Source: Candidatus Undinarchaeota archaeon
GTDB lineage: Archaea; SpSt-1190; JASMDC01
DNA: 64,000 nucleotides
Assembly: GCA_964519305.1 (NCBI GenBank)
Contig: CAZFHY010000005.1
Location: 1 to 64,000 of the forward strand
Direction: 5' to 3'
The notes below the pieces were generated by a model, which searched no databases, was not told the DNA's origin, and saw only the letters and a list, made by a program, of their open reading frames with translations. Both the position numbers and the translations under genes were made by a program. Shown piece after piece: positions 1-10,513 of this stretch. Position 1 is the first letter of the stretch. Each line of letters begins with the position of its first letter.

Positions 1-1309
<1,309 letters not shown>

Positions 1310-1429
1310 ACTAAAGAAACGGGTCCGTATGCAATAAATACCTTTCCCCCCCGAGCCACGAACAGGGGCTCATGCTTATAAGCAAGGACTGCCACCGAAG
1401 TGTCCGGCTCCCTGCCCCGGAAGGTGACC

Positions 1430-2569
1430 ATGGCCCCTATCCCTCCCACATCGCCCCTGGTGCTCATCCCGCTGCTCGCACTGGGCGCCATCGCCTCCTA
1501 CACCGACATCAGGGAAGGAAAGATCAGGAACAAGCACGTGTTCCCATTCATCCTCCTCGGCATCCTCAGGATGCTCGTCCTGGACACGTACGGAGGCCGT
1601 GGCCTGGTGAACACCGGTCTCGCCCTGGCAGCGGGGTTCGGGCTCTGGCACCTCAACCTCTGGAGCGCGGGTGACGCGAAGCTCTTCCTTGCTTTCGCGG
1701 CCCTCGTCCCCCTCAACGAGCTGACCATGCAGTTCAACAACATCTACGGATTCCCCTCTTTCATGGTGCTGGTACACACGTTCGTGCCCATTTTCACGCT
1801 CATGCTCTTCAGGCTGCTGTTCCTCACACCCCTGGGCATGAAGACTATGCTCCTGCGCCGTGTCCTCAAACCGGTACAGGTAGTGAGCGTCGGGCTCGCG
1901 CTCTTTGTGTTTATCTGGCTTGGCCGGGTGCTCCTGGACGCTCTCGGGCTCCCCCAGGTGTTCATCGTCAACCTGCTCATCATGTTCGCCTGTATCGAGA
2001 TCATCGACAGGGTGGCGCCGACAGGTGCGCTACCCGTGTACTTGGTCCTATCTGTAGTCCGACTAGTCGTTGATCCCGGCGTGTGGGACCCGGGTTTCAT
2101 CGCCGCGTTCGGTACCCTCCTCGTCTCCTTCCTCCTGCTGCGCTATTTCGTCATCTACATGGGCCATCACTACTACAGCACCCCTTGTGCCATCGACGAG
2201 CTCAAGCCCGGGATGATGCCGTCAGAAGGCATCGTCGAGAAGGAAGGTAAGTACTACAAGGTGGAGCTCATCACCATCAACATCCTCTCGGCCATGCGCC
2301 TGAAGAAGCTGAATCTGGCCTTCGAGATGAGGTCCGCAGGACTCAACGAGGAAGAGGTCGAGCGCATCAAGACGCTCGCAGAGGAGGACAAGCTCCAGTT
2401 CGACGAGATCCTCGTCCAGCAGACCACGCCTTTTGCCCCCTTCATCTTCCTTGGTGCCCTTATCACCCTGTTGACCGGAGGCGATGCTGTGAGCTACATC
2501 AAAGTGGTCCATCCCGAGCTCGTTCGCAGCGTCCTGCCAACAGTCCTGGCATCCTACATCGGCCTCTAG
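1430..2569 (+). CDS. A24 family prepilin/preflagellin peptidase, long EppA/FlaK-like form
   Basis: YTDIREGKI and SAGDAKL aspartate motifs, many TM segments, C-terminal ELKPGM...PFAPFIFLG; AGGTGA SD before ATG 1430. Confidence 0.85.
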   Translation: MAPIPPTSPLVLIPLLALGAIASYTDIREGKIRNKHVFPFILLGILRMLVLDTYGGRGLVNTGLALAAGFGLWHLNLWSAGDAKLFLAFAALVPLNELTMQFNNIYGFPSFMVLVHTFVPIFTLMLFRLLFLTPLGMKTMLLRRVLKPVQVVSVGLALFVFIWLGRVLLDALGLPQVFIVNLLIMFACIEIIDRVAPTGALPVYLVLSVVRLVVDPGVWDPGFIAAFGTLLVSFLLLRYFVIYMGHHYYSTPCAIDELKPGMMPSEGIVEKEGKYYKVELITINILSAMRLKKLNLAFEMRSAGLNEEEVERIKTLAEEDKLQFDEILVQQTTPFAPFIFLGALITLLTGGDAVSYIKVVHPELVRSVLPTVLASYIGL

Positions 2570-2572
2570 AGG

Positions 2573-3508
2573 CTACGACTTGCCCCCGGGGAGACGTACT
2601 CGCCGTCTCACAGGCCGCAGTTCGTCGGTACCGTAGAGCCGGGCGTACTCATTCCAGACGCCTTCGCACCGTGGCTCGAGCGTGCATTTGCCGCACAGGG
2701 GCCCTTTCGCCTTCTCGCTACGTCGCTCAGGGAGGAAGTCCCTCGACTCGTACCCGGGCTCACGCAGCTCTACCTCGGCGGGAAGGTGGAGCTCGATAGC
2801 GTTTGCCTCCCGGCCCGGAACGGCGCAGAAGGGTACCGCCTCGTAGTAGGCCGTGCGCCCGGCCTGTTCCACCACGTCGATGGCATCTGCCAGAGGACGG
2901 GCCAGCTCGCTCAGGCGCGGTACCACGGCCGGGGCGTCGTCCAAGGCGTTGCCGTCAGGGTGTACGTTGGCGAACTGTATCTGGTGGACGCCCGCTGAGA
3001 CCAGCACACGGGCGATGTCCGGCAGCCGGTCGGCGTTGAGGCGGGTGATTACTGTATTGGTGAGCACACGGGCGCCGGCCTCCACCAGATTGCGAATGCC
3101 GCGCATGGTCTGCTCAAATCCACCGGGCGCGCATGTGATCGTATCATGGAGCGCTGCCGTGTCACCATGTACGGCAACCTCCACCTCATCGACGAGCTCG
3201 GCCACGCTCTTGGCGAGGTCCGGGTAGGCGAGCATGCGCCCGTTGGTCTGGAGGAGCACGCTCAGGTCATGGTCCTTGGCCGCACGCAGTACATCGACAA
3301 TATCGTCGCGCACAGTGGGCTCGCCCCCGGTTATGATGACAAGTGTAGCACCGTTGGCGGCGGCCTCGGCAAGCTCCTTTCTCAGTTCTGCCAGCGTTCG
3401 GTCGGGTACGCCGCGCTGTCGGTGATGTGCGACAACACAGTGCCGGCAGTTGTTGTTGCATGCATAACCAACCTTGACGGCGGCTATCCGTAGGGGGGCG
3501 CTCGCCAC
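2573..3508 (-). CDS. Radical SAM protein, HxsC-like with C-terminal CxxCxxxxxC
   Basis: CNNNCRHC motif, TGGEPT, LQTNG, C-terminal CGKCTLEPRCEG..YARLYG; GTG start at 3508 with GAGGTGA SD, immediately after upstream stop. Confidence 0.8.
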   Translation of the reverse strand: MASAPLRIAAVKVGYACNNNCRHCVVAHHRQRGVPDRTLAELRKELAEAAANGATLVIITGGEPTVRDDIVDVLRAAKDHDLSVLLQTNGRMLAYPDLAKSVAELVDEVEVAVHGDTAALHDTITCAPGGFEQTMRGIRNLVEAGARVLTNTVITRLNADRLPDIARVLVSAGVHQIQFANVHPDGNALDDAPAVVPRLSELARPLADAIDVVEQAGRTAYYEAVPFCAVPGREANAIELHLPAEVELREPGYESRDFLPERRSEKAKGPLCGKCTLEPRCEGVWNEYARLYGTDELRPVRRRVRLPGGKS

Positions 3509-3512
3509 AAGC

Positions 3513-4889
3513 TCACCTCTCTGTGTTCGGGCAGCCCACGGCCGGGCTGTCACCGCCCTCGCGTGCCATAGTACGGATGTTCCGCTCCCGGGCCATGTTG
3601 CCCAGGCACATCCCGACCGTGCCCTTGGTGGTAAGCTGGTGCACTGAGCACCGTCGTGCCCGCTCGTACTCGAAGTTGTCCGGGTTGCACAACGCCCCGA
3701 TCTCAAGGAAGATTATACGGGGCGAGAGGTTGAACGCGCGCAGCGGTCTGCGCAGTAGTATTCCTAATGCGAGCGAAGCGACGTTGAGCAGGAGTCCCAT
3801 GGTACGTGGGCGCAGTGAGTGTGCGATGGCACGCGTCAGGAAGTAGGGTGTGGCGAACCAGCTCCTTCGCTCACGCATGTCCCTGAACCGCTCAAGGGCA
3901 GGCTCTAGCCCGTCCAGTTCGAGCACCTCGTTGATCGTGGAATACCTGTCATCGCTTTCTCTCAGCAGGAAGAACAGGTACTCGTTGGAGCACCAGCGCT
4001 GGGATATCACGTTGAAAAGTGAGTATAGGAGCTTGTGGAACTGTAGTATCGTGCTGTTGGTGATACGTCCGTCGGTCTGCTCAGCGAATATGTCGAGCAG
4101 CTCGTCGCCGCGTAGGCTCTTGGAATGGGCCAGCCCTGCCGAGCCCATTTCCACGTAGGACTTGATGGCGATGCCACGGACGAACGGGTGCTTTACGGCA
4201 TAGTCGATGATACGGGGGATCTCATCCTCGTTAAGGCCTCGGGCGATTGTGGCCTCCAGCACTGTCGGGATGCCCAGCTCGCTCAGGTTCTTCAGCGTCC
4301 TGCGCTTGATCTCGGCCATGTCGCACTTGCGCATCGTTTGATAGACCTTGTCGTCGAAGCCATCGAACTGGAGATGCACTTCCCGGAGTCCCGCCTCGGT
4401 GAGGGAACGAAGGTAGGACATCTCGGCAATGGCCTTCCCGTTCGTGAAGAGCACGGGAACGTTGCCCGCGTCACGGATGACCTGTACGATCTCGGGCAGA
4501 TCGTCACGTACCGTTGGTTCCCCACCGAATAGGCTGATACGCTTACCCTGCATCCCGTCCATCTTCTCCTTGATGAAGTCGAGCGACGGTTCCTCCCACA
4601 ATCCTGCCGACGCGCGGGTGAAGCATATGGGACATGCCATGTTGCACTTTGGCGTTATGTAGAATATGTAGCTGTCGTGGCCGTGCTCGGGAAGGTCCCA
4701 GATGAGCGTGTTGAAGAACCTGTACAGTTCACGGTACTCTTGTGGGTGGCGTGAGAGCACGATGGAGAAGTCGCCGTGCTCGGAGCAGGTCTTCTCCATG
4801 TACACGCCCTCGTCGTCCGCCTTCACAGCGGCGTCCACGGGCTTGCAGCAAACAGGGCATACGCTCTGGACCTCGCGGAGCGTGTCCAC
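3513..4889 (-). CDS. Radical SAM protein, MJ0619/Tes (tetraether synthase, GDGT-MAS)-like family
   Basis: N-terminal SVCPVC...EKTCSEHG metal site, CNMACPIC, GGEPT, LQFDG, C-terminal NFEYERARRCSVH...MCLGN. Confidence 0.7.
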   Translation of the reverse strand: MDTLREVQSVCPVCCKPVDAAVKADDEGVYMEKTCSEHGDFSIVLSRHPQEYRELYRFFNTLIWDLPEHGHDSYIFYITPKCNMACPICFTRASAGLWEEPSLDFIKEKMDGMQGKRISLFGGEPTVRDDLPEIVQVIRDAGNVPVLFTNGKAIAEMSYLRSLTEAGLREVHLQFDGFDDKVYQTMRKCDMAEIKRRTLKNLSELGIPTVLEATIARGLNEDEIPRIIDYAVKHPFVRGIAIKSYVEMGSAGLAHSKSLRGDELLDIFAEQTDGRITNSTILQFHKLLYSLFNVISQRWCSNEYLFFLLRESDDRYSTINEVLELDGLEPALERFRDMRERRSWFATPYFLTRAIAHSLRPRTMGLLLNVASLALGILLRRPLRAFNLSPRIIFLEIGALCNPDNFEYERARRCSVHQLTTKGTVGMCLGNMARERNIRTMAREGGDSPAVGCPNTER

Positions 4890-4911
4890 GGTCGCCAGTG
4901 AGTCTTAGAGG

Positions 4912-4919
4912 TTTAAAAA
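4912..4919 (-). promoter_or_regulatory. Putative archaeal TATA box for the radical SAM pair
   Basis: TTTTTAAA on the minus strand about 23-30 nt upstream of the GTG at 4889. Confidence 0.5.
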
Positions 4920-5020
4920 TGGTTAGGTTAACGGGCCAGCAGGCGCCGGCCTGCACTCTGCTGACGTGGCGCACGTTCTCTTCGGGAACGTTGTTAAACC
5001 TATCGAAAGGCCCCCTATTC

Positions 5021-6166
5021 ATGAAGGTCGACCTCGCCAGAAAGATGAACGGCATCAAGCCTTCCGAGATACGCCGTCTATTCGACCTTGCACAGGGTAT
5101 GCCAGGCGTAATCAGCCTCGGTATAGGCGAGCCCGATTTCGGGACCCCGGACCATGTCCGGGAGGCCGCAAAGCGCGCCATCGACGAGGAGCGGATCTGC
5201 TACACGCCTAACGCAGGCATCGCCGCCCTGCGCGAGGCCCTAGCGGACAAGTATCGTCGTGATGGTCTGACGTACGACTCTTCCAACGAGATACTTATCA
5301 CATCCGGTGCGACCGAGGCCGTGTCCACCGCCATTCTCGGCCACGTCAAGGCCGGAGACGAGGTCGTCGTCCCCGATCCCGCATTCCTCATCTACACGCC
5401 ACTCGTACAACTCGCTGGCGGAACACCGAAGTACCTCCCCCTCCTGGCCGAGGACGGGTACAAGTTCGATGCTGACAGTCTTTCCGAGCAGGTCAACAAG
5501 AAGACCAGGATGATAGTGGTGAACTATCCGTGCAATCCCACGGGCATGACCATGGGCTCCTCCGACCTGCGGGCGATTGCCGAGATCGCTGAGGACAACG
5601 GTGCGATCCTGCTCTCTGACGAGGTGTACGACCGCCTCATCTTCGACGGCAAGCGCCATGTGAGCATGGGCACCATCACCGACAATGCCATTGTCATCAA
5701 CTCGTTCTCCAAGACGTACGCCATGACCGGATTCAGGGTGGGTTACGCCCTGGGCCGTCGGGAGCTCGTCGGGCCAATGCTACGTGTGCACCAGTTCAAC
5801 GTCGCATCGCTCTCCGTCCCCGCACAGCACGCTGCCCTAGCGGCCGCGACCGGTCCCGATGACTGTGTCGAGCACATGCGGGTCGAGTACGAAGCACGGC
5901 GCAATCTCCTGGTGCGCGAGCTAGATAGCTTGCGAGGGGTCACCTACCTCGTCCCCGAGGGCGCATTCTACTTCTACCTGGACGTCAGCGGTACGGGGAT
6001 GACCGGATTGGAATTCTCTGAGCGCATGCTCAAGGAGGCTCTGGTCGTCGTCGTACCGGGAACGGCCTTCGGAGATGTGGGCAGTCATCACGTCCGTATC
6101 TCGTACGCAGCGTCCCGCGAGCGTCTCATGGAAGCTTGCGAGCGTATGCGTCGCGTGCTGGAGTAG
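5021..6166 (+). CDS. PLP-dependent class I/II (aspartate-type) aminotransferase
   Basis: LGIGEPDF, NYPCNPTG, SDEVY, NSFSKTYAMTGFRVG (PLP lysine), VRISYA. Confidence 0.92.
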   Translation: MKVDLARKMNGIKPSEIRRLFDLAQGMPGVISLGIGEPDFGTPDHVREAAKRAIDEERICYTPNAGIAALREALADKYRRDGLTYDSSNEILITSGATEAVSTAILGHVKAGDEVVVPDPAFLIYTPLVQLAGGTPKYLPLLAEDGYKFDADSLSEQVNKKTRMIVVNYPCNPTGMTMGSSDLRAIAEIAEDNGAILLSDEVYDRLIFDGKRHVSMGTITDNAIVINSFSKTYAMTGFRVGYALGRRELVGPMLRVHQFNVASLSVPAQHAALAAATGPDDCVEHMRVEYEARRNLLVRELDSLRGVTYLVPEGAFYFYLDVSGTGMTGLEFSERMLKEALVVVVPGTAFGDVGSHHVRISYAASRERLMEACERMRRVLE

Positions 6167-6216
6167 CCGGCCGACGGCCAAAAGTTGTTAAAGATATACG
6201 CCTTCGGTACAAGGTA

Positions 6217-7272
6217 ATGGTGGCACGTGCCAGCGATGCCAAGGCGATTCTCGGCAGGCTGCGACCCCCGGTGGATGAGGAGCTCAGGACCATCATCGGG
6301 CTCCGACCAGAGGTATCTAGCCTCTACCGCCTCATGCAGTATCACATGCGCTGGCTGGACTATGACAAGGACACGGGCGAGTTCACTGTGTCCACCGCAC
6401 CCGGTGGGAAGCGCTTCAGACCGATTATGTGCCTGCTCACCACATCGGCGCTCGGAGGCGACATTGACACGGCCATCCCCGTTGGTGCTTCACTAGAGCT
6501 TATCCATAACTTCTCGCTCATCTTCGACGATATCCAGGACAATGATGAACTACGTCGGTTCAGGCCCACTATCTGGGCCGTGATCGGGAAGCCCCGCGCT
6601 CTCAACATAGGGGGCGGGATGCACGGTCTGGTGAACGTGTCCTCTCTTCGTCTCCGGGACAAGGGCGTTCCGGCGGACACTATCCTGGAAATCATGGAGA
6701 TGCTCTCTAGTTCCATCCTCGAGCTCTTCGAGGGCCAGGAGATGGACCTGAGCTTCGAGGAAAGGGACGACGTGACGGTCGACGAGTACGTCACAATGGT
6801 GGGCAAGAAGACCGCGGCCTTGGTGGAGGCGTCGTGCGCCACCGGCGCCATGCTCGCCACCGATGACAAGGAGAAGGTCGATCAGCTGGCCACTTTCGGC
6901 CGGTCCATCGGCATAGCGTTCCAGATCCAGGACGACGTGCTCGGCATCTGGAAGGACCCGAAGAAGATGGGCACGCCGCTCGGAAGCGACATCCGCAACC
7001 ACAAGAAGTCCCTGCCCGTGCTCTACGCCCTCAACAACGCAAATAAGAAGGACCGCAAGCTCATCCTCACGGCCTACCACAAGGAACAGATGAGCGACGA
7101 GGACGTCAAGGCCGTAATGGACGTGATGGAGCGCTGCGGTGCCCGAGAGCACGCTGAGAGCGTGGCAGAGGATTACGCGAAGAAGGGAATGGCCGCGCTG
7201 GACGCCGCGGATCTACCCGATGACGCCGAGCTGCGCACCATCGCCCGGTTCCTCATCCACCGCGAGTACTAG
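6217..7272 (+). CDS. idsA: Short-chain polyprenyl diphosphate (probably GGPP) synthase
   Basis: GGKRFRP, FARM FSLIFDDIQDNDELRR, GQEMDL, KT, SARM FQIQDDVL; Phe five residues upstream of FARM. Confidence 0.85.
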   Translation: MVARASDAKAILGRLRPPVDEELRTIIGLRPEVSSLYRLMQYHMRWLDYDKDTGEFTVSTAPGGKRFRPIMCLLTTSALGGDIDTAIPVGASLELIHNFSLIFDDIQDNDELRRFRPTIWAVIGKPRALNIGGGMHGLVNVSSLRLRDKGVPADTILEIMEMLSSSILELFEGQEMDLSFEERDDVTVDEYVTMVGKKTAALVEASCATGAMLATDDKEKVDQLATFGRSIGIAFQIQDDVLGIWKDPKKMGTPLGSDIRNHKKSLPVLYALNNANKKDRKLILTAYHKEQMSDEDVKAVMDVMERCGAREHAESVAEDYAKKGMAALDAADLPDDAELRTIARFLIHREY

Positions 7273-7532
7273 AATCGGGTCATCCGAAAAATGGCATATT
7301 TTCAAGCTATCTTGACGTTTTAGGAATAACTTCGCCTACATGCCAAAAATCTAAAATAATTCTTGTTTTTTGGGATTTTTCTAAAATATTTTTCTTATCT
7401 GATTCTTTTTCCAAAAATACGTCGTTTTTCCCAAGTAATAAAAGGCTGGAGCGTCTAACTCTAGTATAGGCGGATGATTCGCCAAGAATCTCATTCTACC
7501 CTTGTACTCAGAGGGAGTACAATCATGATAAG

Positions 7533-7685
7533 GTGATCAAAATAGCATGTGCATATTGCGAAGGTCAGGGGAAATGCCCTCAGGCATTCATGAACGGCCA
7601 GTGCTACGAGAACGAGTGCGGCTACAAGAAGGATAACTTTTGCACGGCCGGGGGCAGATGTCCCCAATGCAACGGGACCGGCTAA
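7533..7685 (+). CDS. 50-aa Cys-rich microprotein with CxxCxGxG zinc-finger motifs (below ORF-track cutoff)
   Basis: Manual translation (M)IKIACAYCEGQGKCPQAFMNGQCYENECGYKKDNFCTAGGRCPQCNGTG*; 8 Cys; follows an AT-rich promoter-like region. Confidence 0.7.
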   Translation: MIKIACAYCEGQGKCPQAFMNGQCYENECGYKKDNFCTAGGRCPQCNGTG

Positions 7686-7765
7686 TCCGGACAGGCACCG
7701 GCAGTTACGACCGTATAGACCGTCCTACCAATATCCTTATCAAGCCCGCTTCCCTAGCCTAGGCC

Positions 7766-8374
7766 ATGCCACCCGTCAAGGCGGCCCTCTTCGACATGGA
7801 CGGGACGCTGGTCGATTCGTCCGACGCCTGGTTCGCCCTCTTCAACCGCGCCAGGGAGCACTTCGGTAAGGCGCCCGTGACCGCCGAGGTGTTCGACCGC
7901 GACGTGTGGGGATGCCCATTCGAGGAGGAGCTCCGGATGTTCTTCCCCGACGTGGACGAGAAGGATGTGCTAGGATTCTACGAGGAACACTATCTTGATG
8001 CTATCGACCACCTACGCCTCATCGAGGGCGTGGAGGAGTTGCTCGCAGAGCTCGCGAATCGGGACATCCCTGCGGCCGTGGTCACGAACACTCATCGGCC
8101 GCTCGCACTCAAGGTGCTAGGTCGGCTCGGGATCGCGCAATGGTTCACTGACGTTATCGGCGGCGACGAGGTCGAGCACGGGAAGCCTGCGCCGGACATG
8201 GTGCTGCTTGGTTGCGAGCGCGTGGGCGTGAAGCCCGGCGAGGCCTTGTTCGTGGGCGATACTGATGCGGACGTGCAGGCCGGGAAGGCGGCAGAAGTGA
8301 GGACTATGTGCCTAGGACCTCATGGCGAGAAAAGGATATCCCGCCTGATGGACGTACTGGGCCATCTTGAATAA
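7766..8374 (+). CDS. HAD-IA family phosphatase (Gph-like)
   Basis: FDMDGTLVD motif I, VVTN, KPAPD, FVGDTDAD. Confidence 0.9.
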   Translation: MPPVKAALFDMDGTLVDSSDAWFALFNRAREHFGKAPVTAEVFDRDVWGCPFEEELRMFFPDVDEKDVLGFYEEHYLDAIDHLRLIEGVEELLAELANRDIPAAVVTNTHRPLALKVLGRLGIAQWFTDVIGGDEVEHGKPAPDMVLLGCERVGVKPGEALFVGDTDADVQAGKAAEVRTMCLGPHGEKRISRLMDVLGHLE

Positions 8375-8458
8375 GGATAATCGCCCCATTATCCCTCTGA
8401 GTTGAGGGATTGGTACCGGCCCCACGTCAATCCTCAATAATTGAGGGTCAGTGGTGCT

Positions 8459-9199
8459 CTAGGCACCCTCGATTTCCTTATCGATGCGCTGCATGTCCTT
8501 GATTAGGTCGCGGCGCACCTGGCGGGCGTATCGATTGTGGCGGTGTATGTCCAGCATCAGCTCGTGGGAGTCGTTCCGGACGATCGCAACGAGCTTGAGG
8601 AACATATCGTGGGTCGGGGTCTTGAGCTCCACGCACTCAACGTCGATGTCATCCAGGGATTTGCCTAAGAAGTGGACGAGTGTGAGCGAGTGGGCCATCT
8701 GGCGGTCGTGTTCTGCGGCGCCCACCACCATAGGGATGATGCCGAAAGCGCGTAGGAAGTCGATGAAGCGCTCGAGCTCGCCTGGCCGGGTCCGGACAGG
8801 ACAGATGGCCATGAGCCGCCCCTCGAGCGAGGTGGCGGCGCTGTCGGGGCCGAAGAGCGGATGAGTGCCGATGCACGAGCACTGCTCGGGCACGTGCCGT
8901 TCCATTGCCGCAACAGGTTCCTCCTTCACGGAGCATACTTCGATTATGATGGCCCCCTTGGTGAAGTGCGGGGCCAGTGCCTTCAAACTCTCCTCGAACT
9001 TGGAGATGGGAACTGCGAATACCACCGCGTCACAGGCAGCGCACTCCTCCGCAGTCGCCCATTTCACTCCCAGTTCCTTGGCCTCGGCACTAAGGTCCTC
9101 GATGTCGTAGACCAGGATGTCCAGGATACCACGTAGATAGTGGGCCACGAGCTGGCCGAACCGGCCGAAACCTATGATGCCCAGGTGTTGGGGTCTCAC
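8459..9199 (-). CDS. tyrA: Prephenate dehydrogenase
   Basis: GIIGFGRFG Rossmann motif, CSVK, HPLFGP, EHDRQMA; GTG start overlaps the upstream TGA. Confidence 0.85.
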   Translation of the reverse strand: MRPQHLGIIGFGRFGQLVAHYLRGILDILVYDIEDLSAEAKELGVKWATAEECAACDAVVFAVPISKFEESLKALAPHFTKGAIIIEVCSVKEEPVAAMERHVPEQCSCIGTHPLFGPDSAATSLEGRLMAICPVRTRPGELERFIDFLRAFGIIPMVVGAAEHDRQMAHSLTLVHFLGKSLDDIDVECVELKTPTHDMFLKLVAIVRNDSHELMLDIHRHNRYARQVRRDLIKDMQRIDKEIEGA

Positions 9200-9453
9200 T
9201 GGCAGACACCACGCCGGGTCGACGCGGTCGACGGGTCCAGTTCCTCCACGAACTCCCAGAATGACACACAGGGGCAGAGCTCTGAAGTGAAGAGTGAGCA
9301 CTCCTCCAGACAGGCCGCCCGAGCCTCTGTGCCGTCGATATCACGCACGGCAATAACTCGCCGGCCGTCATCGCACGTGCTCTTGAGCACCGTGGGGCAG
9401 GTGGGCGAGCCTAGGACAAGGGAGAAAAGGTCGTCGAGCACGTCGATGATCAT
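9196..9453 (-). CDS. Small hypothetical protein
   Basis: 85-aa ORF fills the gap and overlaps the tyrA start (GTGA); no recognisable motif. Confidence 0.4.
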   Translation of the reverse strand: MIIDVLDDLFSLVLGSPTCPTVLKSTCDDGRRVIAVRDIDGTEARAACLEECSLFTSELCPCVSFWEFVEELDPSTASTRRGVCQ

Positions 9454-9534
9454 CTCAACTGGATAGTGTGCGTTCTCGCTTAATAAGCGTTTGTCCCGCG
9501 TCCGGGACCGCTACAAGGCGCTATGATCGTGCTA

Positions 9535-10449
9535 TTAAGCCCCGTGGACCTTCTCCAGGTCCTTGAAGAGGTCACCGACCTCGTCGTACACAAGGTCCGG
9601 GCGCTGCTCGGGAGCCCACTCGGAGACGACCTCCTTGTAGAAGTCCTCGTGGCGTCCCTTGTATTCCGGGAAGTTCGTGAGAACGAGGATCTTTGTGGTG
9701 TCCTTGTCCCCCACGAGCATGTCGGTCGAGGGTGTGTCGCCCACCATGGCGACCTTCTCGATACCGTCGCCGAGCTTGGCCTTGGCGTGCTCGAAGAAGT
9801 AATCCCCGGGTTTGAGAATGACCTCCTCGTTGTACTCGGTCGAGGTGGCCTTGAGCATGTCGCGGATCCCGTTGGCGATGATACCACAGCTGGCCGTATA
9901 GGCGTCGTTGACACGGTACGCAGTGTCCTCGCCGCACACGAGCAGATCGGCGCCGTAATCGATGACGGCGTTGGCCCCTGCCTCGATGTCCCGGCTGGAC
10001 CACTCACGCTTGTATCCGGTGAGCACGGCATCGACCTTGGGGAGATTGTCGCGCTGGTCGTTATCGGGATGGATGTCCTCGGTCGTGAGGACGTTGTAAC
10101 CCGCATCGCGCATCTGCTGCATGATCATATCGTCCTTCTCGTAGATCGCGAATACGGTCTTGTATCCCTTTTCACTTAGGTAGTTCATAGTGGCCTCGGC
10201 ACCGGTGTATACCTTTTCCTCGGGCACATCGAACTGTTGAGCATAATCTGAAGCCATCTTGGATGTATTGTTGGAAGCGATAGCGAAGGGGACGTCCTTG
10301 TCCTGAAGGTACTTGAGGCCCTCCTTGGCGCCACCGAATATCTCGGTCTTTTCGCCAACGAGCTCGGTAAGAACGCCATCCTTGTCGATAAGATATCCAT
10401 CGACGCCCTTCAACAGAGCCAGTCTCTCGCTTTCAGGAATCTCATACAC
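9535..10449 (-). CDS. HAD-IIA (NagD-like) phosphatase
   Basis: LIDKDGVL, SNN, KP, MVGDTPSTDM; GTG start at 10449 inferred. Confidence 0.85.
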   Translation of the reverse strand: MYEIPESERLALLKGVDGYLIDKDGVLTELVGEKTEIFGGAKEGLKYLQDKDVPFAIASNNTSKMASDYAQQFDVPEEKVYTGAEATMNYLSEKGYKTVFAIYEKDDMIMQQMRDAGYNVLTTEDIHPDNDQRDNLPKVDAVLTGYKREWSSRDIEAGANAVIDYGADLLVCGEDTAYRVNDAYTASCGIIANGIRDMLKATSTEYNEEVILKPGDYFFEHAKAKLGDGIEKVAMVGDTPSTDMLVGDKDTTKILVLTNFPEYKGRHEDFYKEVVSEWAPEQRPDLVYDEVGDLFKDLEKVHGA

Positions 10450-10513
10450 GATAGTGTACCCCCGCACCCTATTACATGTTATTAATGTCGTTTGATGTTT
10501 ATATAGTTTACTA

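Noticed and set aside
2573-4889. RiPP or His-Xaa-Ser cluster around the two radical SAM genes
   Set aside because: No precursor peptide or HxsB/HxsD-like partners were visible next to them
7273-7460. Replication origin in the AT-rich island
   Set aside because: No ORB-like repeats with G-strings and no orc1/cdc6 gene in the window
7465-7525. Fluoride riboswitch (GGCG...TTCGCC start)
   Set aside because: It lacks the GGCGATGG..TTCGCC core and the downstream TGATG pseudoknot partner, and no fluoride-related gene follows
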